This document shows, piece after piece, positions 1-12,799 of a DNA stretch of 64,000 nucleotides. Under the pieces are notes generated by a model. That model searched no databases. It worked only from the letters and a program-made list of their open reading frames with translations, and was not told the origin of the DNA. The DNA comes from Octopus bimaculoides (taxonomy: Eukaryota), in the NCBI RefSeq assembly GCF_001194135.2, contig NC_068990.1:10324310-10388309 (forward strand), given 5' to 3'. Both the position numbers and the translations under genes were made by a program. Numbering within the stretch: the stretch's first letter is position 1; every line of letters starts with the position of its first letter.

Positions 1-1785
1 ATATATATATATATATATATACATAGAGGGAGAGGGATAGAACGAGATTTGAGTAAATAAGAACTGCTCGGGATCGAATCATATCAAAATATAGCTCGTT
101 ATAGTGATTGGCTAGACAGAATGACGCAAGTCAGTTTGTTAAGTAATCCATTACCATAGAACTGAATACAATGGTGTAGCGCAGTTAACATTTATTTGGT
201 AATCTTTAAATATAGCAGTCTTAAAAAGTATCCACAGATGAATGGAACCTTGGTTCTGTAATAAAAATGTAATAAATGCAAAGGAATGGCTTATCTAGTA
301 CAGTCACAATTGTTTCATTACGAGTCATTGTTCTGACTTGAAGGTGGTAATGTATGACATGGTGTGTGAATGAGATCAGTACGATTACCTAATATATTAG
401 GCGACTCCCAACTCATCAGTCGTGTCAAAAATCATGAAGCGAGCAGTATCATGTTGAATAATCAACGTTATCAACAAGTGCAATGTCTACTCAAATCTTC
501 CTGAAATGTAAAGCATGTGAGACTATGTGAGACTACAATCTGTCAATCCGGGGGTGGATAGCAGAATTAAGATGTAAATTTTTAAAATATTGAATGTCTT
601 ATGTATTCTAAAAAAATAACATTAAAATTAGCAATCTCGCACACAGCTGCTGGTCCTGGGCGATTTTTAATATATTTGTCGATCCTTATAATCTCATAAA
701 TTCTTTTAATATTTGTCAACATCTATGGCTTTTAAAATTCTCTATAATTCTCATAAATTCTTGTCACATTGTTTTATTATACCCTATAAACTTACATTGT
801 TACAGACGTCATCAAGCTTATCTACTGAATCTATGTGATTTAAGTGGTTGGATTCCTTCTCAACTATATTGTTATATTATTGTTAATGTAAGTTATGATG
901 TTTCGGTGTTGTTGCTTTTGAGAATACCGGTTGTGTACTTCCTTATTATATCATTTCTGGCTTTTCATCTCGTAGCTTCATTACAGCAAAATGACTGATC
1001 TCTCAATCTCGATATTTAGCTCACATACATTTTATAACTAATATACATTCATATGTTTATGATCAGACTAAATATTGCCCAAAGTACTCTCATTTGTCTT
1101 GTATACACTTATTTGTTTATGCCAACGCGGTCTTCCTTTCAATGTGTAAACCATTTTCACTATTTGATATACCCTATTCTGTTTCTACTGAAGTATTTGT
1201 AGGCTATGATTGCTGGGTCTGTAATTATGGTTATGTCCATATATTTTTCATTTATATTTTCATTTCATATTCCTTCAGCTCCTTATTACCCCTCCGGCTC
1301 TGAAATCTCCATGACTTTCATTCTGTTATTTTCCCTGAAATATAATTGGGCGGAACATGACTATATTATTCTATTAGCTCTGCAATACATAATCGGAGAT
1401 GTTTAATCAATATTAATTAAGGGAATGAAAACGTATCGCTGGAGTTTATTAACCATATGAGTCCGTGATGTACTAAACAACAGAACACAGTAAACATTTT
1501 ATTTAACAAAAAAAAAAAAAAAATCAGCATCTGTCTTAGAACATATTTAGATATGATCAAATGTCAGGCATAGCGCCTGCTGTCAACTGGTATGTAACGC
1601 ATTTAATACCAACCCTTATGAGTGTAGTTGCAAGTTCTAATGATGTATTTAGAAGAGAAAGAGATTTTAACTATTTTTCAATATAAAATGTTATTCTCTT
1701 TTCCAAAGTAGGGACTGAAAGATTGTATTCCCACTCATTTTGTATTCCTGCAATGTTTCGATTTCCTATTCGTAATTTCACCACT

Positions 1786-1807
1786 TTATTATTATCATTA
1801 TTATTAC

Positions 1808-1887
<80 letters not shown>
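1786..1887. repeat. (TTA)n microsatellite
   Basis: About 34 near-perfect TTA units read directly; source of the poly-Leu ORF 1723..1989. Confidence 0.98.
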
Positions 1888-1889
<2 letters not shown>

Positions 1890-1914
1890 CTACTCATTTT
1901 TCGCCCGTCGCTAT

Positions 1915-2030
1915 GTTATCAATTCAAATTCCACCGTGGTCGTATTTGCCTTTCATCATTTAGGACTCGATAAAATAAGTACCAGTTGAACACTGAGGGC
2001 CAACTAATCGACTCATCTCTACTCCCTACA
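1915..2030 (+). mobile_element. SINE fragment (family A, Nin/Deu-like core)
   Basis: attcaaattccaccgtggtcgtatttgcctttcatcatttaggactcgataaaataagtaccagttgaacactg matches the core shared with copies at 25678, 44640, 45031, 54360. Confidence 0.75.
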
Positions 2031-2469
2031 AGCTACCCTTTAGACAAAAACTTGAACTCCTCATTATTACCCTGCGCACGTTAGTGAAAGCAGAGTATTG
2101 TAATTACTCGTCTTTGTGTGCTAGCAAATTTACTGGAAAACGGCAGACCGGATTTTCAGAAATGCTCATTGGGTGAGTGGCTCGAAATAATGAACATTTG
2201 GTTTGATTTTTTTCAGCATACATAAATGAATACACATATACGTGACTGTGTGTTTGTGTGTGCGTGTGTGTGTTTACAGTGATGGATTCGAGGATTTCGT
2301 TTATTTACGAGTTGATTTATTAAATTTCACCGGAGTGAAAGAAAAATTAACTCAGATGAATTTAAAAATATGGGTAAGCAAGGCATTATAAGCCACACTA
2401 TAATATGCGAAGAAATTTATCTGCGCCGAGGGTATGCATCGCACCTCCGATGCCTATTTTCTTTATCGT

Positions 2470-3016
2470 TATTATTGAGAGAGCATCATATGCCATCAAG
2501 GTGACACCGAGTACAATCGTACGAAGTTCAATATACCTATCATGACTAATAGGGTGCACCAAGAACATGCAGCATAACCAGATGTGCGCGACATGGTGAT
2601 ATTATATCGGGAAAAACGGTGCATGGCCTTGCAGTTGGGGACCAGTTAGAATTTTCTTCAGGTTGACTAGCCCATCCTTCTCAAAAGGTCGCTGAATAAT
2701 GATTGTTTAAAGATGATGAAAGGAATACCCGTGTTCCCACAGGGGAATTATTCAGACTCCAAAGAATTCTTCTCAACACCTGTCTATGATGCTCCCACAC
2801 TACATCTGCTCGTGATTAGAGATGCACATATCGTCAGACATGTTCAAATGTTTAAGGTAAAAAAAAAAACTGACAAGCAAATCTGTGATAGTGAGCATAA
2901 TATTTACTGTAACCCATCTGTTATACCAAGACAAAACATTGTACATGGTAACGGTTACAACCAGTTAAGATCAAAAGTCACGGGAACTAGCGCCTGGTAT
3001 AGCATCAGGGCATTGC

Positions 3017-3062
<46 letters not shown>
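2470..3062 (-). mobile_element. Unclassified interspersed repeat embedded in (TAA)n
   Basis: About 545 bp GC-richer non-coding block with ttattattg at the left edge and (TTA)15 at 3017-3062; resembles a recalled high-copy octopus repeat. Strand inferred from the TAA phase. Confidence 0.6.
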
Positions 3063-4641
3063 TAACAGCTGGTAGTTTCAGGAAAATTCCTATTGCCGCA
3101 CCTGATACAAATCCGTGTACATATAATATGTTATATATATAATTGAACGCCTAATTATATTGTAATCTAATTGTACTGCTTACCTAAAAAAATTATATGC
3201 ACTTTACAATCTGTAAATTATCCGGATGATTATATAAAATCCAGTACATTCGTTGGCAGTGTTCATATTTATAGTTAAAACATAATATTCCCGAGTGAAT
3301 ACATTTACGTCACTTCCAGCTGTTGCTTTCATTGTTTTCTTACAGGTTTGATTCATGTTTGAGTTTTTGATAGTTACAAAGTGAAAAGATAAATTGAAGT
3401 ACGCAAAATGTATTTCGAAAGTTTGTATGCAGTCCCAGTTAATAACCCGTTAATATGTACCTATAAGCTTATGCTTACGAAGAAATATTTCAAAATAAAC
3501 TGTATCAACATTTATGAAACAATTACCTAAATATCGCAAGATCATTAAATATAGTTAATCTGTAAGTATGGATACGGAAACATGTGAGGTTTCAAAGCTT
3601 ACAATAAAATTATGTATTACTTTAATATCTGTACGTGCGTGTATGTGTTTGGGTNNNNNNNNNNNNNNNNNNNNNNNNNNNNNNNNNNNNNNNNNNNNNN
3701 NNNNNNNNNNNNNNNNNNNNNNNNNNNNNNNNNNNNNNNNNNNNNNNNNNNNNNNNNNNNNNNNNNNNNNNNNNNNNNNNNNNNNNNNNNNNNNNNNNNN
3801 NNNNNNNNNNNNNNNNNNNNNNNNNNNNNNNNNNNNNNNNNNNNNNNNNNNNNNNNNNNNNNNNNNNNNTATATATATGTATGTGTGTATATATATACTC
3901 ACATACACATATACATATACACATACATATATATATATATATAACTTTTATTCATAATTAACAATTAGAATTGCATTATAAATTTAAAAATAAAAAAATT
4001 ATTGAGGACGAAATTAGCCTGTATTCATATATATTCATTCGCCCACTAGTGGATGGAGAGCTCCTTACATGCTGAATCCCAGCATGTCTATGCACATACA
4101 ATTGATTGACTATTATATTAATAAACTGATTTTTTTCTGATCACACTCTCTCCATCTTCTTTATATATAATATATACATATATATGTGCATTTCCTATGT
4201 TCCTGCATTAACGCTTTTACTTTGTAAACGCCGACTCCATTTGATTCGTCCTCAGTTGAAAGACACCTGTTCTAATATTCCTGTAGGTTGTATTTGTAAT
4301 TGTGTACCTTTTCTCCGTTTTCGTCTTTGTTTTTGTATACGTTCGTTAATTTTCTTACAAAATTCTAATGTTCATAGCTTTGACTTTTGTAGGCAACCAT
4401 ATCGAACAGTCTCAAGTGTGCTGCCCGAAAATATAAGGGCATCTGGAAGATCGACTGACGAAAGAAGGTCACGAATGAACCGCCCTTTTTACCTTCTAAT
4501 TGTTGTGTTTCCTGTCAGCCATTGTATCGTCTATCTGTCCGGTCATTATATTGTCCTCTATTGCATTTTTGTTTAATTTTTTATATTTATATATACGTAT
4601 AGCGGCTTGCGTACACCTTTGATCACCTTATATGTATATAC

Positions 4642-4674
<33 letters not shown>

Positions 4675-5089
4675 NNNNNNNNNNNNNNNNNNNNNNNNNN
4701 NNNNNNNNNNNNNNNNNNNNNNNNNNNNNNNNNNNNNNNNNNNNNNNNNNNNNNNNNNNNNNNNNNNNNNNNNNNNNNNNNNNNNNNNNNNNNNNNNNNN
4801 NNNNNNNNNNNNNNNNNNNNNNNNNNNNNNNNNNNNNNNNNNNNNNNNNNNNNNNNNNNNNNNNNNNNNNNNNNNNNNNNNNNNNNNNNNNNNNNNNNNN
4901 NNNNNNNNNNNNNNNNNNNNNNNNNNNNNNNNNNNNNNNNNNNNNNNNNNATATATATATATATATATATATATATAGGTAGGTTGATACATTGGTAGAT
5001 AGATAGATTGGTTGATAGATAGATCGACAGATAGATAGATACATACATAGATGTACACCCATATCTATGACGCATTGCTTTGTCATATG

Positions 5090-5790
5090 GTAGGGAAAAC
5101 TACATACATTCGCAAAATTCAAGCATATACAATTTCCTAATCAAATTGAACCCAAAAGAACTTGCCTTTCTCAATATTTCAATCAGAGACACCAGTGGAA
5201 GTATAAATGTGAACATGTTCTATGAACTAAGGACTACAATCAATACGTTATATTCAAATCATGTCGCCCAAAACACATAATTCAACAGTACCTTTAATCT
5301 AGAAAAGCGAATATGCACATTAGTATCAAGCCTCTCTGCGCGAGGAGAAGCTCTAGATGAGCTGAATAATATAATTATCCAAAGAGCATTCCCACACATA
5401 AACACATAAACAAATCTTCAACGCAACTTTGACGAAATTCAGAAGAGCAAAGTATTGCACATGTCTATACCAAACTGATGGACCAGAATTCACAATTTAA
5501 AGAGGTCAAGACTTCAAAGTAAAGCGCAACATGACTTGCAACTCACAAAACGTAAGCTACGTAACTGCATGCGGTACATGTCATCAACATTTTATAGCAC
5601 AATAGAGCGTGTCATTATGGAAAATATGACGATTCACTGCCATGATGGCAGGAAAATTATTTTGAAGAGTCACATTAGAGCTTGTGCAGGAATGTGACTT
5701 CGCCAACTTTAAAATCTACCAATACTACAAGTATTCAGACCCCTATACCAAAATTACATATGCAACTTTGAAACATTAACCAGTAAAGGA
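5090..5790 (+). mobile_element. Penelope-like element fragment (RT C-terminus plus GIY-YIG linker), decayed
   Basis: LAFLNISIRDTSGSINVNMFY, then FNLEKRICTLVSSLSARGEALDEL, then MTCNSQNVSYVTACGTCHQ (5531-5590); this order fits PLE RT thumb followed by the GIY-YIG region. Stops and frameshifts present. Confidence 0.72.
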
Positions 5791-6086
5791 GGATCTATAG
5801 TTTACACACACACACATCTTAATTTTACTGAGTTTGTGATTCTTGAACCCTCTCTTAAAACGGAAATCTATATGTGCAAATAAATAATCTGCCTCGTTTG
5901 TGTGTGTGTGAGGAAGTGTGCGTTACCACGCCTGCATCTTTATGAACTTATTCTTGTGTTTCATTCTCATCCTATTCAGTGTCTATAACGCAGACGTGCA
6001 CGCGCATACCCCAAAACCACGCACCACAAACTGAAAGAAAAATAATTTCTAAGGATCATATTTAAATCTATTTGTTTTTTACTTAT

Positions 6087-6195
6087 CTGGAAATTTATCA
6101 CAGTACACACCCAGCCACAGGTGAACATTTTTTGGAGAGAAAAGTATTCTGCAAGTCAATTCAATAGACTTTTTGACACAAAAATAAATTCTCCC
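6087..6195 (-). pseudogene. Possible decayed EGF-like exon
   Basis: Pyrimidine tract plus cag acceptor at 6196-6198; reads CQKVY*IDLQNTFLSKKCSP then, after a 2-nt shift, WLGVYCDK; ends at ATAAGT (donor with GT changed to AT). Confidence 0.35.
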
Positions 6196-6619
6196 CTGCA
6201 GCAATATTAAAAACAAAAACCACACCAAGAGCACGCACATGCACATACACACAACCACACACACACACACACACACGCTCATTCCAGATAATAAAAAAAA
6301 AGAAATTTCTATAGAATTTGCGACCATCCTTAAATCTATTTAAGACAATATATTCACATGCACACGTAGATGAGCATAATGTGAATAGGAAATACAGTGT
6401 AATACAATTCAATGCAGCTTTTGGCACTTGATCTCTTGAAAACCATTCCAAGCCCTTACATAAAAAGAAAAAAAACATCAAGCATGTTTATGACTATTCA
6501 CAGAATATAAATTCAAACTCTTTTAATTTCTAAATTTTAATTCTTATTTCTTAATTTTTGACTTTGATTTTTCAATATTTCTTGAGATAAATGTTTAGTA
6601 AGATTAATATTTATTAAGA

Positions 6620-7910
6620 TTAAGATTATTATTATCGTTATTAATATTTTTATTATTATTATTATTATTGTTGTTGTTGTTGTTGCTGTTGTTATTATTA
6701 TTATTATATATATTTGACTTTTGCTCTCTATTTGTACAAGTTGATTCCAAATGTCAACCAGATACAACATGAGGAAACAATTTAAAAGTTCAAATTGGTA
6801 TTATGCCAATAGTGTCATATATTTGGTTTTGCACGTAGTATTGGTCAAGAGAATGTTAAAAAGACAAGAAAATTATGAGTTTCTTTTAAATTTTAAATTA
6901 TATCGACAGTATGTTACGTAAGATATGGGACGTTCCCATGAGCACTATATCTTTAATTTCTGCCATTTTGGAATTTCTTGGTATCTGAGCTAGGTAGGAA
7001 TCAGCCTTTTTTTGCTATCATTCCTAGGGCACCTATGACAACAAGTATAGTTTTTGATTTGAGGTTTCACCTTTTGCCAATTTCTATTTCAAGATATTTA
7101 TACTTGTTCAGTTCTTGGTAGGGTTTCACAGATATATTTATATCAATTGAGACAGTTATATCAATGAGGAAGCATGGTTTTTGTTTGAGGTCTTTCAGTA
7201 TAATGTCTGGTCTATTCGCATCTATCTTTTTATCAGTTTGAATGGTGAAATTCCAGAGAAGTGAGATGTGATTATTTTCAAGCGCTGGAGGTGGTGGGTG
7301 TACCCACCAGTTTTTAGCATGGGACAGGTCCAGGATTTTGCAAATTACCCGGTGAATATACTGTGCTACTCTTCCTACCTGTTGAGATATTCTGTAGGCG
7401 CAAGAACACTGCACATGGAGACAACGTGATCAATGGTTTCATTTTGCTATTTACATACACGACATGTTGGGCTACTACCGTTCTTTAATATGTTGGCCTG
7501 GTAGTTCCTTTTAGATATGTATTAATCTTGGGCTGCTATTATAAACCCTTTTCTTTCTTATTTCAAGCCAGTAGACTTGAAAGGGAAGGACTTTGTCAAT
7601 ATTGGCATTATTAGTTCTCTTCCGGTATTTGCTACTGATATGTTTTTCTTGCCATTTATCAGTAAGAATATCTAAGGCACCAGTTTTAGCACCGATTTTC
7701 ATACGCTTAGCTTTTTGCATGCTTGTTTCTAGTACGTGTAATACTGTTTTTTTTTTGTATTTGGAAATCTCTTAGATATTCCTTTGCCTGTTTTGTTACT
7801 GAGTATGGTGTGTTCTTGTTTCCATGCTTTAAGACAGACATTAACATGCAGTCGTCAGTGTTTTTCAGGTAGTTGTTCAGGCCAATTGTGGCATGTTATC
7901 GGTCTATTAT
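6620..7910 (-). mobile_element. R4/Dong-clade non-LTR retrotransposon, 5'-truncated and decayed
   Basis: CCHC knuckle CRVCK*QNETIDHVVSMC (7411-7464); RLE motif LWNFTIQTDKKIDANRPDIILKD..FLIDITV; C-terminus VVIGALG..VLMGTSHILRNILSI* (stop 6898-6900); 3'UTR then (TAA/CAA)n tail 6620-6708. Confidence 0.88.
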
Positions 7911-8069
7911 ATTTTGCCAGTGATAATTGGCAAGAAATGGAGTGCATGATCATTGGAAAAACATCTTCTCGACACAATGTAGGAACGCAGGTGCTCCAGT
8001 CCAGTGAAATGTGAACTGTGACAGCAGGTAATATATGGCGGAGATGAGGTAAGATTCGCTAATGTTAGG

Positions 8070-8458
8070 GTTGTTGTTGTTGGCACTCCGTCGCTTACGA
8101 CGTCGAGTGTTCCAGTCGATCCGATGAACGGAACAGCCTTCTCGTGAAATTAACGTGCAAGTGGCTGAGCACTCCGCAGACACGTGTGCCCTTAACGTAG
8201 TTCTCGGGGATATTCAGTGTGACACAGTGTGACAAGGCTGACCCTTTGAATTACAGGCACAACATAAACAGGAAGTAAGAGTGAGAGAAAGTTGTGGTGG
8301 AAGAGTACAGCAAGGTTCGCCACCATCCCCCGCCGGAGCCTCGTGGAGCTTTAGGTGTTTTCGCTCAATGAACACTCACAACGCCCGGTCTGGGAATCGA
8401 AACCGCGATCCTATGACCACGAGTCCACTGCTCTAACCAATGGGCCATTGCGCCTCCA
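8070..8458 (-). mobile_element. Full-length tRNA-derived SINE with (CAA)n tail
   Basis: Minus strand starts tggaggcgcaatggcccattggttagagc (A-box-like) and ggtttcgattccc (B-box-like); 3' stem-loop cgtcg/cgacg at 8089-8102; (CAA)4 tail; CpG-rich. Confidence 0.9.
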
Positions 8459-8931
8459 CAATTGCGCCTCTTCTCTTCTTGTACTTAATTTTAAGGTGTA
8501 TTGTTAACAAACCCTATTTTGTTAAAAAAAATTAGGTTTTGTATATATTGCCTGAACTTATGTTAGTAGTAATGCATTCATAATGAATTTGTTTCATTCA
8601 ATGTGGCTTGTCTGTAATCAACTACAATCCTGTATATCACACGTAAAGAAATCGATTCAATTTATGATTAAGGGTAAATCATTTTGATGCGGGACAAGAG
8701 AAAGCACGTGCAAATGTACCAAATTTGTAGTAGCAGAAAAATATACACAGAATCTGCGAACCTAGGACAACATATAAAATGTATGCACTGAAAATCTACG
8801 GTAAACAAAATGATAATCGCGCACATCGGCAAATTGCTACGACATAATATTCCATATGATAGAATATATAGTCTTGCAAATGGTATAATTGCTTAAAACT
8901 GCACCTCAAAATATAATGAACAAACAGCAAC

Positions 8932-8992
8932 AGAGAGAGAGAGAGATAGAGAGAAAGAGAGATAGAGAGAGAGAGATAGAGAGAGGGAGATA
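8932..8992. repeat. (GA)n/(GATA) microsatellite
   Basis: Read directly. Confidence 0.95.
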
Positions 8993-10733
8993 GAAACAGA
9001 AAGAAACAAATAAATAAAACAATGCTTTGAGAAAGCTTTCAAAAAATCTCGATGATACTGTCACATACCGACGACTACTTAATCAACAATGGTCTTTAAA
9101 ACATATATCATAACATAAACATATGATGAAAGTTGAAAATTTGTACCTCAATAGAAGCAAATAAGAAAAGGCCAAAAGGCGTTTGACTATTTCTTCTAAG
9201 AGAAAAAATAACTTAAAGATATAAAACATATTTATTTGGGATATTTACAATAAACATTTTCATTTCAATGGATGAACGGCATGTATCACGATTCAAATTT
9301 TCTTCTGGTGGGGTATGTTGGTGAACAAATACTCACCACACTGAAAGAGTGCACCAATAGATAATGCGAATTAGGCCAAGTACAAGAAGTGTTGCAAATA
9401 CAAATATCATACACTAAAGGAATTTATGACCATAATATATTATAATTAGATAACTTCTGGGAGAAATCTCATGAGAATGACTGTGCAAATGTGTAAACAA
9501 AATAAGCATAGAAAGGATATTGATACAGCTTTTTGAACAAGGCATTTCTACAGACAGAGAAATTTCATAAGAAACCTTACACTTATAATTAAAATTGATA
9601 TTTGGCGGTCACATATTGGGAAACGACATACCAGCACGAACGCAGATAGGTTGCCGAAATTAGTGTGACTACTACAGACTAGTAATTATTAAGCTGAGAA
9701 AAAAAGAGAAAGAAATAACAGATAAACGTAATTCAGTTGGACATGCGTCGATAAAGTAAGTGATATATATATGTAAATATCATATAGTATATTGGGATTA
9801 TAGACATTTAGGCCGACAGTACATTCAAGGTTTAAAAATCAATGAATGTCATATCGTCCAATTAGTAAAATGGAGACGTTGACAAATTATCAAAATATCT
9901 GTATTAGACTTCGTTTAGCTTCTGAATCTAAAACATCATTCATACAACGGACCACAAAATAAGTAAGATACAATGAAATGATATTCATTACATATGGAAG
10001 AATATGAGGAGAAAATCGCGTGTCTAGAACAGTTATAAATGGCTAATTACTACTTTAAAACGCTATCGGTCAGGTTTCGACAACTCCTAGAGAACAATAA
10101 CAAAATAACAGCTGTGGGACAATGAATATCAAATGAAGACTGACAACGAATATTAAAAATCATAACGAAATTATTTCAGCACATATATCAGGATATAAAA
10201 AAAGAAAAATTGGAAGTTGAATACAACGAAGAAAACTATGAAGAGTAAATAACCGAGAGTATTGAAATATTCAATTGATAGAAATGAAAATGAAATTTAA
10301 AATATTTGAAAAAACACTAGAAAAATGAAATGGCAAAAATACCATTCCCTGGTGATAATATGGGAGATTTCTATTTGGGGGATGTAAATCAGGAAGACAG
10401 ACAACAGTGAGCTGCAGCAATATTCAATCAAAGAATTTTCAGTTACGTATAATGATTGCATATTAAAAATAGAAAACGAAGACAGCTCGCTAAACAAGTA
10501 ATGGACAACTTAAATATAACGTCAATAAGTAATAATAATGAAGTCTAATATTTAGTGTCAACACAAATTAATGAATTCACTGAAATATATAATTTGATGG
10601 AGTAAATCAAGCAAGAAATTGAAGTGACAACATAAATACAAATTTCAAACAGGTTACAGAGCAGGCGAAATTATACACCATGAAGAAGACATGAATTAGC
10701 ACAGAAACTGTAATGTTATGGATCATATAAATA

Positions 10734-10802
10734 ACACACACACACACACATAAGTGTATATGTACGTACACACTCACTCACTGCATCAACACACACACAA
10801 AC

Positions 10803-10856
<54 letters not shown>
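10734..10856. repeat. (CA)n microsatellite, interrupted
   Basis: Read directly. Confidence 0.95.
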
Positions 10857-10860
<4 letters not shown>

Positions 10861-10899
10861 TGTATATGAAGAACATAATGCGATTGAGTTTAGGCCAAA

Positions 10900-12300
10900 T
10901 GGTTTTTAACAAAGCGATGAGTACAGACTACATAAAAGAATGGAAAATATTATTTCTAACAGAGTTCTTCTTTGGGAATAGTATGTCCCTCAAGTAAACA
11001 TTTGAAGAGGAGGTAAAGTGGTAAAGTACGTGGAAACTTGAATACGGACATAATTAAACATCATCACGGGAGAGTTACATCGGTGTATTAAGAAGCACAC
11101 TAACAAAAACGAGAAACATATCAATGCTTGTGTTTGCATGTAGCAACCGGTGATAAAAAGACATGTCTCAGAAAAATAGGAAGGAACAGGATGTATATTA
11201 ACAAGAGGAATTCAAAATAGTGTATGATATTGTAACTCACAACCTAAACAAACGGGAATCATTAAATAATTAGTACGACCTTTGTAAATTCCACGGAATG
11301 CAATACATTAAGAGAACCTATTTAAGAAAGAAATGATGACTTGCATTATTAAAGTATTAGCTTTCTTTAAATACAGGGTGTCCCAAAAAGATGTACTCAC
11401 TCTTTGACAGACTGTTATCGGCTATGTTATGACGAAAACTGAAGACTTTATTTGAGGTACAATAACATATGAATCAATTACATCGATTGGAATAACAATG
11501 ATGATGAGAGAGGCGATTTAAAACTAGGAGAGTAAAATATATGAACGGATTATGAAATAACTGATTCTTTATGGGCGAACAAAAACGATGGAAATGTAAG
11601 CGTAGTATCTCGGCAGGTTGGAACAAGATAAACAGATTCCCAGTATGGAAAATTGAAAACTGAACTGTTGTATGCTCTAAAGATAAACGACTAAGAATCA
11701 TATCTGGAACAAGCAAGGATCATACAGGAAATTGGGTTCTTCGCGGATCACAATCGTAAAACTCCTCTATACGAAGGGGCAACAGGGGCTCAAATTCGTT
11801 AAAATGGCAATCGAAGAAGATGCTGCGTCAAGAAGGTTGAACGAAAAGTGTAAATGCTAATGGCAGCCACGAAGAGATTGTAAAACCAATAGAACACATT
11901 TGAACAAGATGTTACTAATAATTCTGTCTAGCTTCAAAGGTATGAAAACCAGATTCTAAAGCATAAAAGGTATGAAATTTATATTAGCACAGCATATATT
12001 ACATTCAATACTGTCCTAGCCGTAAATAACTTATCCATGTCTGCAAGAAAAGCAATAGCAAATGAATTTCACTATTACGGACAGATAATTATGTTAGTGG
12101 AAAATAAAAAGTAAAATTGAAAAAATTCAGCATCGACATTTGAGATCAGACCTGCTTTAACTACAGTTCATTAATATTGAAGAAAGGATGACAACAAATA
12201 TAACTTATTTAGAAGGATATGAAAAGAGAATATCTCCTTTTACGGAGCATATGTCCTTTTCAATTAGTCACAATGAAATTTTCGAAAACTTGGTGTAATA
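10900..12300 (+). mobile_element. Heavily decayed LINE (RTE-like RT region)
   Basis: A-rich plus strand with scattered RT-like pieces (KIND*ESYLEQ; EEIVKPIEH); no continuous ORF. Confidence 0.3.
11372..11410 (+). mobile_element. Solo Tc1/mariner-type terminal repeat
   Basis: TA followed by CAGGGTGTCCCAAAAAGATGTACTCACT, a typical Tc1/mariner terminus after a TA target; no partner end found. Confidence 0.45.
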
Positions 12301-12345
12301 AAAAAAAAGAATGATTAAGTACCAGATGCCAAGAGGAGAAATAAA

Positions 12346-12457
12346 ATATTACATATATACAGAGAGAGAATATACCCATAACGTGTAGACATATGTTGGT
12401 ATATATTACATATATACAGAAAGAGAATACACCCATAACGTGTAGACATATGTTGGT
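12346..12457 (+). repeat. 57-bp tandem duplication (2 copies)
   Basis: 12346-12400 and 12403-12457 differ at 2 positions. Confidence 0.95.
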
Positions 12458-12799
12458 TGAAGTTGCAGACGAATTTAAATGCGTAAAAAAAGACTGTTAT
12501 TGCTGTTATTGATAGTGGTTTGTTTTGTTTTGTTACTGGGAGGTGTTTTGGAGAAAAAATATTCACACAATTTGGGGTTATGTTAGCGTTTAGAATTATT
12601 TCATGTATGTCGAAATTTGTAAGCATGTGAGTTTGTTTCGGTGTGATCGTTGGCTAAGTAGGCAGAGGATGTGCTTGTAGTATAGTTATTTTGGGTTTTG
12701 TTGATTTTTAACGATTGATTTGACAATGAAAATATAAATGTTACAAAATCTAGTATTTATTTAAATCTTTAATAACTGGGTTTGTCAACCTTTTTTAAA

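Noticed and set aside
380-430. Minus-strand ctgatga near the palindrome cctaatatattagg
   Set aside because: No GAAA box or consistent stems.
1200-1250. Plus-strand GYDCWVCNYGY as an EGF or Ly6 start
   Set aside because: Single short motif with no supporting donor or context.
2630-2700. HDV-like ribozyme in the TAA-flanked element
   Set aside because: ctaac-like J4/2 present but no P2/P1 partner strands found.
4440-4490. ctgacga followed by purine-rich sequence as a hammerhead
   Set aside because: No stem II pairing and no GAAA box.
8390-8458. Functional tRNA gene
   Set aside because: It is the SINE head; it continues into SINE body and lacks a complete cloverleaf.
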